From the NCBI RefSeq assembly GCF_964204645.1, contig NC_134028.1, forward strand, positions 806,001 through 870,000: DNA of 64,000 bases, written 5' to 3'. Both the position numbers and the translations under genes were made by a program. Below the pieces are notes generated by a model that made no database searches, was not told the DNA's origin, and saw nothing but the letters and a program-made list of their open reading frames with translations. Position 1 is the first letter of the stretch. Each line of letters starts with the position of its first letter. Shown here piece after piece: positions 57,101 through 64,000 of this stretch. This stretch comes from Tubulanus polymorphus (lineage: Eukaryota > Animalia > Nemertea).

Positions 57101-59854
57101 GTTAGGGTTAGAATCCCTGAGAAAACGATTGCCAAAATAGTCCTAGTCATCGTTAGGAATAAGAAATAGCCCAAGGAAACACATCTGACTCTTAGTAGTC
57201 TTAGTCTAAGATTTCATATCGTAATTGTGGCGGCCTGTTTGTTTACGTTACCGGCAATTATCTATTAGTTAATTTGTTTTGATGTGTTACCTTCCAATAA
57301 TTGTTAATCAAAGGCTCCAATATAAGGCGTATGCTATCTATGAACAGGTTCGTGTTGTACAGAATAAAGAAAATGAACACTTTTTACTGATGTTTCACGG
57401 AGAGATGGTGGTTTATATGGTGAGTGTATTTCATAATCTCTAAACATTGAGTCTCTCGTGGAATGTGCGCAATAATTGTAACCTCTTTATAACAAACAAA
57501 CAAAATGACTTCCTGGGAGAGAGTAACTTGGTTACCTGGCTCAACACCACTTACACATTCTTGTTTGTACGACTTGCCATTGTAAACCTGGGAAAGTATG
57601 ATTCAAACAAGATAAGAATAGTCGCACGATCCATACTTGTGTCCAACCGCCACCCTGGCTCATCTTGTATCCTCTTATTTCTCTATTATTGTCTATAGGG
57701 TGGAACTGCCAGTGGATTCCGTAATCGCCAGGAAGTGGAGAGAGTACGAAGTGACGATAAAGAATCGATGTTATTCCAGGTGCGCGGTACGACCCCGTCG
57801 AATACTCGGGCAGCAGAAGTACCCTGTAAATCCTCATCACTCAATTCAAACGATGTATTTATACTATCTATAGCTAGAGCTAAACTGAACTTAGTTTGGT
57901 ATGGTTTGGTAAGTGTGTCCATCAGCTACTCTACCCTCGGTATCCTAGCAAAAACAGTTACTTTAGGCATACTAGGATATTGGGTCGGGGAGATTTGGGA
58001 TCATATATACTCTAAATGCATATATTATAAGTATTTTCAAAAGTATTTTAATTTGTAGGGTTCGAGCGCCGAGGAACGAGAAACTGCTATTAAAGTTTGT
58101 CATTGTATCTCACCAGCAAGGTCTGTGTCACTTCAGTCATTTACAATCTATTTCAAACCTTAACACGTGTAGTTTGTTATGTTATTACAATTGGCAGTGA
58201 AATGGCTATAGTTCAAGAAAAAGAAGAACCCGCTGAGTTTTGGCAATATTTGGGAGGGAAAGGTGAATACGCATCTGGTTCAAGCACGACGGTAAGATTG
58301 GAATCCAGGACCTAGTTACACAGTTCTCAGATCCGTCTATATCTGAATTACATGTACTTCATGTGTGCTTTATAGTTAGCTCTCAAATCAGTGGAACTTG
58401 GTTCATTAAGGGCACTTCTGTATATACTTTTTGTGATCATAAAGTATATGTTTGTCTATCAAATTCAGTATAATTTGTTTGTATTTTACAGGACAGCTCG
58501 AACCCATTTTCTGTGATGCCGAGATTGTTCCAATGTTCGAACGCATCTGGAAATATTGACGTCGAAGAAATCGTCGACTTCCAGCAGGACGTAGGGAAAA
58601 TTCTGATTAAATCTAACAAAAATCATTTTATCATCGGCCACAATTCTTCAAACCAGACTTGAATTCATATATTTCTGTTTGTAGGATCTGTGTTCAGACG
58701 ATGTAATGATATTAGATTCCTATGATGAAGTTTATGTTTGGATCGGAACCGGGGCAAATGCAGAAGAAAAGAAAGAAGCGCTTACAATAGCAATGGTAAA
58801 ATAACCTAACCTAACCTCATATATAACAAGAAGTCAATGGCTGGGCGAATTGTAAATTTGCCTGTACTGTATCTAAGTTGTAGAAATTTGAAGTGTCAAA
58901 ATCCGTTCACGCGATTCTGCGATTTTTCTACATTTCGATACTTTGTGTAATTCATCGCATTCTATTCAATTTTACAGCAATACATTAAAACAGATCCGTC
59001 TGGTCGAACTGTAGATACTACGAATATATTCCAAATCAAACAAGGACATGAACCGATTAATTTCACATGTCATTTTCTGGCCTGGGACGAAGAAAAGTGG
59101 AAGGTGAGAACAATACGTACATCTCGAGATCTAGCAGTAGTTAGGTATTCAAATAATGAAGTAGTTCATGAAGTGGTTGTATCTGTACGAGACGCAGCTG
59201 TACAATCCCGATGTAACCATGGTGAATCATGAAAATAACTATTAGGATATGGCCGAAACGCTGTTGAATCAACTATTAGTTCATGGAAAAATTTCGGATT
59301 TTATATCAACTTATACGTTTTTATTATATGGGATCGAGTTGATATATAGTATTGCACCTTCATGATACCTGCAACATATACACAATATCATTGATATGAC
59401 TTTCAAATCTTGATATATTTCTTTATAGAATGAAAAATCCTACGAGGATATGTTAGAAGAACTAGAAGCTGATAATGCCAAAGTGACATTAGTTTCAGAG
59501 GTACTCTCACACGTCATTTCGAGAAGTCAGGTTTTCGATGTCTCTTTTGTAAACTTATATTTCTGTTGCAGGAATTAGCAAAATACGATCAAACATATCC
59601 ACTAGACGTGCTAAAACAGAAGTTTGTTCCAGACACTATTGACCCAACTTCTAAAGAGGTAGATATATCTTATCATCACTAGATACTGAATTCCAGGTTC
59701 CATTGGATGCGTCTAATTCCATGAATTGTTCTCATTACAGATGTATCTTTCCGACGAAGATTTCCAAAGTGTGTTTCAAATGTCGAAAGATGATTTCGGT
59801 AAATTGAAGGAATGGAAGAAAGTTCAATTGAAAAAACAGAAAGGCTTATTTTAG
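51197..59854 (+). CDS. Villin/advillin-like protein (six gelsolin repeats plus headpiece)
   Basis: More than 20 exons splice to [94 protein letters not shown]. The headpiece [44 protein letters not shown] follows. Confidence 0.95.
51905..52020 (-). mobile_element. tRNA-derived SINE-like element / tRNA pseudogene with TTAGGG-like tail, in villin intron 1
   Basis: Minus strand reads AGCTCTGTGGTTTAGTGGTAAGCATGCTCGGCTGGCACACAAGCGACCCGGGTTCGAATCTAGGGTTAGGGTTA. A- and B-boxes are present but no acceptor stem closes. Confidence 0.65.
52446..52550. repeat. ~38-bp tandem repeat x3
   Basis: Unit GATAGATCAGTTAGACAATTAACCCCATCAGTTAACT. Confidence 0.85.
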
Positions 59855-60824
59855 ATACATCCGTAAATATTGTATATCTGCAATTTGTCAAAACTATTTT
59901 TTACACGCTTTTTGATGTTTTGATTTTTGATGTTTTGCTTTTTGATGTTTTAAGTGAATATGCTTTAATCAAAGGGTATTATTACATACACGCAATCAGT
60001 CATCAGTCATAAGTCATTAGACATGATAATATATTTATTATTATTGGTAGATTTTGTGGGTAATTTATTTATTTCTGGGACTGTGAAAGATATTATATTT
60101 TTAAAGAATTATTTGCACGGTTATAAATGAAGATTAACATTATTAGTATTATTAGTAATGACCAGAACAACGAACTGTTATATATTATACAGACATATAA
60201 TAAACTTGATTTATATAATTATATGTTTTAATGTTGATATGCAAATTTCTCTCGGATGCTCTTGTTTCATTGGTCCAATCAGACATTTCATTTAATAACC
60301 AAAATGGTCGACAAAAGTAACAATCGAAATCGAAATGATTTCGAAGGTGTTTTGTATAACTAAAAAGCTGATGGTTTTTCAAGTCAAGCTGCTACGAACA
60401 TGGGATATCTTTATCAAAGTGACATGTACGTATAATGAGTGAGTGCATCATTACGGAATAACATTATATATTATGGTACAGAATTCCGGCTTAGGCACTA
60501 ACATTTTATACCAGGCCTTGGACGAAAAAGAATTGACAAAATTTATCAATTATATACAATCTACGTAAAAGATGTTTAATTCAGTATAAAGAAACTATCA
60601 TTGATCCAAAAATCAACATCGAAATTACGATTTATTGATGATTCATGCAACTCTGAGAGTTTCCTTAAAACTCGGACACGAAAAAAATGTATATTCTAAA
60701 TTGAAGAAAAAACCATTCATTAGATCAAATACAAGTATACACGAGTAGTTGACGTTTTAATTCTATTTCTGTGGCAACTGGTTTAACTGATAAGCAAGAA
60801 AGACGTTAAGAATTTGTTCTTGAA

Positions 60825-61829
60825 ATGGATGGAAACATTTCAGATGATGTTTTCATACACATGTTGTCAGCTCGAGTCAGGGTGGCTTTACTATCAGGCG
60901 CTGTTGTATATACGGGCTGCTTTATTGTATTGGGTTTAATCGGTAATACCTTAACGCTGGTTGTAATACCTCGAATTCGTAAACACGTCGGAACGAGGAC
61001 GGTTAATTATCTATTACCATTAGCCGTCTGCGATTCCGTTTGTGTTTGTTCGGTTGGAATCGTCGCCTGCGAAAATATAGCTTTCTTCACCGGTATTCAG
61101 CTACCAGTCCGTATCGCTACTTCTTCTACGATCGCTTGTAAAGTATCGATGACTTTATACAGTACTAGCATCGGAATATCGGCTTGGTTAATTCTACTTT
61201 TTTCGTTTGAAAGAGGCGTCGCCATTTTGTTCCCGATAAATCGAACACTTCACCTTTCACCGCATCAACGACGTGTTCAAATCACTTCCGTTACGATCGC
61301 TTTGTTTTTATTTCTGTCGACAGTTTTTGCGACTGGTTCTAATCTCCGCTATAAAGGACCGAGTTTAGCAATGTGCACGTACGACCCTCATCGCGTTGTC
61401 GCACGTGGTTTTATTCTGGCTTCCCTATCCCTGCTGTTGATGTATGTGGTCCCGTTTTTAGGCTGCACTATCAGTATTTGCATGGTATTCCTAGGAATCA
61501 TCCGCAACCGAACTACAAGCCGCAAAGTCGTTCAGACCTCTACATCGGTATCGTCCAGTGAAAATAAATGTATTCTGAATCTCATTTGCATAATTGTAGT
61601 CTATTTCATATTTATCTTACCGTTTGTAGGGACCACGTTCATTTCATTGGTTGTAATACCCCTTCGCCTAATTGTTAACGTCGGCCCACAATTAATCCAT
61701 ATTTTGAATATCACCGGTCTATTTTCTGTTCTGTTTTCTATCGGAAATAATGCGGTGAATGTGATCATATTCACGTTTACGCTGAAATCGTTTCGCGCCG
61801 AAATTCATTCGTTTTTATTGAGAAAATAA
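60825..61829 (+). CDS. Intronless rhodopsin-like (class A) orphan GPCR, peptide-receptor/chemoreceptor-like
   Basis: 334-aa ORF with 7 hydrophobic segments: GLIGNTLTL (TM1), YLLPLAVCD (TM2), ACK, FSFERGVAILFP (TM3), VVP (TM5), FILP (TM6), NNAVNVIIF and SFRAEI (TM7, helix 8). Confidence 0.9.
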   Translation: MDGNISDDVFIHMLSARVRVALLSGAVVYTGCFIVLGLIGNTLTLVVIPRIRKHVGTRTVNYLLPLAVCDSVCVCSVGIVACENIAFFTGIQLPVRIATSSTIACKVSMTLYSTSIGISAWLILLFSFERGVAILFPINRTLHLSPHQRRVQITSVTIALFLFLSTVFATGSNLRYKGPSLAMCTYDPHRVVARGFILASLSLLLMYVVPFLGCTISICMVFLGIIRNRTTSRKVVQTSTSVSSSENKCILNLICIIVVYFIFILPFVGTTFISLVVIPLRLIVNVGPQLIHILNITGLFSVLFSIGNNAVNVIIFTFTLKSFRAEIHSFLLRK

Positions 61830-61882
61830 TTTTAAGAGTGCATCCCTCGTTTTCAAACACTGACTGAATCATACCGGAGTGG

Positions 61883-61995
61883 CCTGAGAGGCGAATTTAG
61901 CTTCTGCAGATAACGACACGCCCTGAGAGGCGAATTTAGCTTCTGCAGATATCAACCTGCCCTGAGGCGAATTTAATCTTCTGCAGATATCGACC
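61883..61995. repeat. ~39-bp tandem repeat x3 in the GPCR 3' region
   Basis: Unit CCTGAGAGGCGAATTTAGCTTCTGCAGATA. Confidence 0.85.
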
Positions 61996-62192
61996 TAAAA
62001 TTATTGAAATGCCATTGCAAAACAAGAACATAAAAACACTGAAACTGAACATTATTCAATTAATGGTAAAAAGCTTTCCTAAAAAGATGTTTTGAGGTAT
62101 GCGTTTAAAAGTATCGACGTATTCCCGAATACAATAAAACATTCCATCTCAGCGGGGCGTTATACTTCATTTAGAAAGTAGGCCAGCCTCTT

Positions 62193-62317
62193 CAGGGGCC
62201 TGTTGCATAGTCACGGCTTAGATTTAAGACTGGTCTAAGACCAACTAAGTTCTATACTCGATCTTAAGATTTAAGACCACTTTTGGACTTAAGTCACGAC
62301 TGTGCAACTGGGCCCAG
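62193..62317. mobile_element. MITE family A copy
   Basis: TIRs GGGCCTGTTGCA ... TGCAACTGGGCCC; internal TTAAGACC repeats shared with the other copies. Confidence 0.82.
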
Positions 62318-64000
62318 TAGTCTACCAACTGCGTTCACCATTGAAGGAAATTCACGTTCATTTTATATAATTAAGTTGGTTGATGTTTTGTTTTGTATTT
62401 CATTACGTAGTATAACCGTCGGTAAATGGTAAACAAACTTCGTTGCAACCAAGGCTCTGAAAACGACCAGTTTATTTTCATGGCGGCATCATCGCAGCAT
62501 AGGAGCAGCGGGGATTTAAATTTTTTGCTATTTAGCTTTCGATCAAGTTTATTCCATATGCCGGGTGTATAAAGGTGACGCTGACTCAGGAACAGCAGTG
62601 CAATGTTTGGATTGTTAATCTTAAGCATTTTAGTCAGAGTGAATTCGTGGTTTTATCTGTCAGATTGAAGGTTTTATGTTGAACCGTCGTTTTGTTTCCA
62701 ATATCGACAACAAATTCGGCTTTCGTATCTCGTCGACTAACCGAATGCGCTTAACTTCCGAACTATCCTCCGGAATATGGTTCCGATTTACTGAAAATTC
62801 GGTTTCGCATAGTTGAACTTAGTTGGAGTCGACTAACTTCAGTAGATAACCGAAGTTGGCCTTTACTGTGGCATGTGAGTATAAAAATTAGTTCACAGAA
62901 ATACCGCTGATGATAAACATAGCGGCAGCACTTGACGGTCAAGATCTGACACTGTTCGCCGTTCCTTCTGTGGCATGCGAGATTCCGTACCTCCATAAAG
63001 AATGTTATATTTCATGGCACTAACTCCATATTATCTACTTAGATGCAAAATTGGTGTTTTTTCAATAAGAAAATAATTGAGAATCAAATTCCTATATGAT
63101 TTATGTAACCACAATCGACGTTTCATGAAGAGATTTTAACGGTGGCCGCTACTAAATTGATAACTCATATTTACTTCCGCGTTTGTGAAATATTCGCATC
63201 TAGGGCAATCTTAAGACCTGCTGCATATGGCGTCACAAGCCCCGAGGCTTGTCACGCCATATTGGGGCCTGACACGCCATGTGGTAAACGTAAAATGAAA
63301 ATCAAATCCTATGCAGGAGATGAAACGTCGACTAAGTCTCGCGGGTTTTTCTTCCGAAGTTGAAATATTCGGTTGGATATTAATTTAACTTAGATGATTT
63401 ACAACGTATTATATATACATAATAAGAACTACATATTACATCGCATTTACACTAAAATGAGTTTTACAGAATAGAAATTGATCGTTGTTTGTTAATCTAA
63501 TGCAGTGTACACACATTTTGAAACACAATTTAAACAATCATATATTTCGCCAGCATATGAAAAATACAAAAACATTACATATATATCTACTGAATGAGTT
63601 TTACAGAATAAAGATTTTAATTAACTATCTTACATTTCAATGAATCATTCATCTATTTCACATGATTTGTTGATCAATTAGTCTAAGAAGAACATGGATA
63701 ATGTTAGAAAAACATATATGGTGAGCCAGGCTCCAATCTAGTGTGATCTGCAGTCATATGGCTCCTAAAATCGCTAAGCCTTCTACATGGCGTGTCAGGC
63801 CCCAAATGTTCTGCAGCCAATATGGCGTGTCAAGCCCCAAATTGTCTACAGAATAGCTTCAATAATTGAAACATGGTTTGTCGAACGGTTTTCTATGGAA
63901 GCAATTAAATTATATGTTTAGTTTCAATTAGTTATATATTGTTCATGATTTGATAATCACAAAACAAATACTGCTAGAAAAACCGCGATTTGTCTTCTAT

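Overview
This is AT-rich, intron-rich eukaryotic (animal) DNA. Gene content and compact GT-AG introns suggest a marine invertebrate, probably lophotrochozoan; the taxon is an inference. I found no prokaryotic features (no CRISPR, operons or rRNA). By manual splicing I reconstruct eight protein-coding genes. (1) A minus-strand alpha2delta/CACHD1-like VWA-Cache gene that runs off the left edge; its first coding exon also encodes a folate-receptor-type domain and a second, internal signal peptide. (2) TMEM220, which shares a bidirectional ETS/NRF1-type promoter with gene 1. (3) HIF1AN/FIH. (4) Prominin. (5) An ankyrin-repeat DHHC palmitoyltransferase with a U12-type minor intron. (6) A ~1994-aa GRL101-type LDLa/LRR GPCR with an extra CUB-like and C-type lectin N-terminus. 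(7) Villin/advillin. (8) An intronless class A GPCR. The non-coding DNA holds MITEs, a tRNA-derived SINE-like family with TTAGGG-like tails, and many mini- and microsatellites. The most notable signals are the apparent two-protein FOLR + alpha2delta/Cache precursor, a 48-bp repeat that multiplies the last TMEM220 splice acceptor in frame, complementary purine/pyrimidine tracts at the two ends of one prominin intron, and the unusual GPCR architecture. Exon coordinates were read by eye and may be off by a few bases. No database searches were run.
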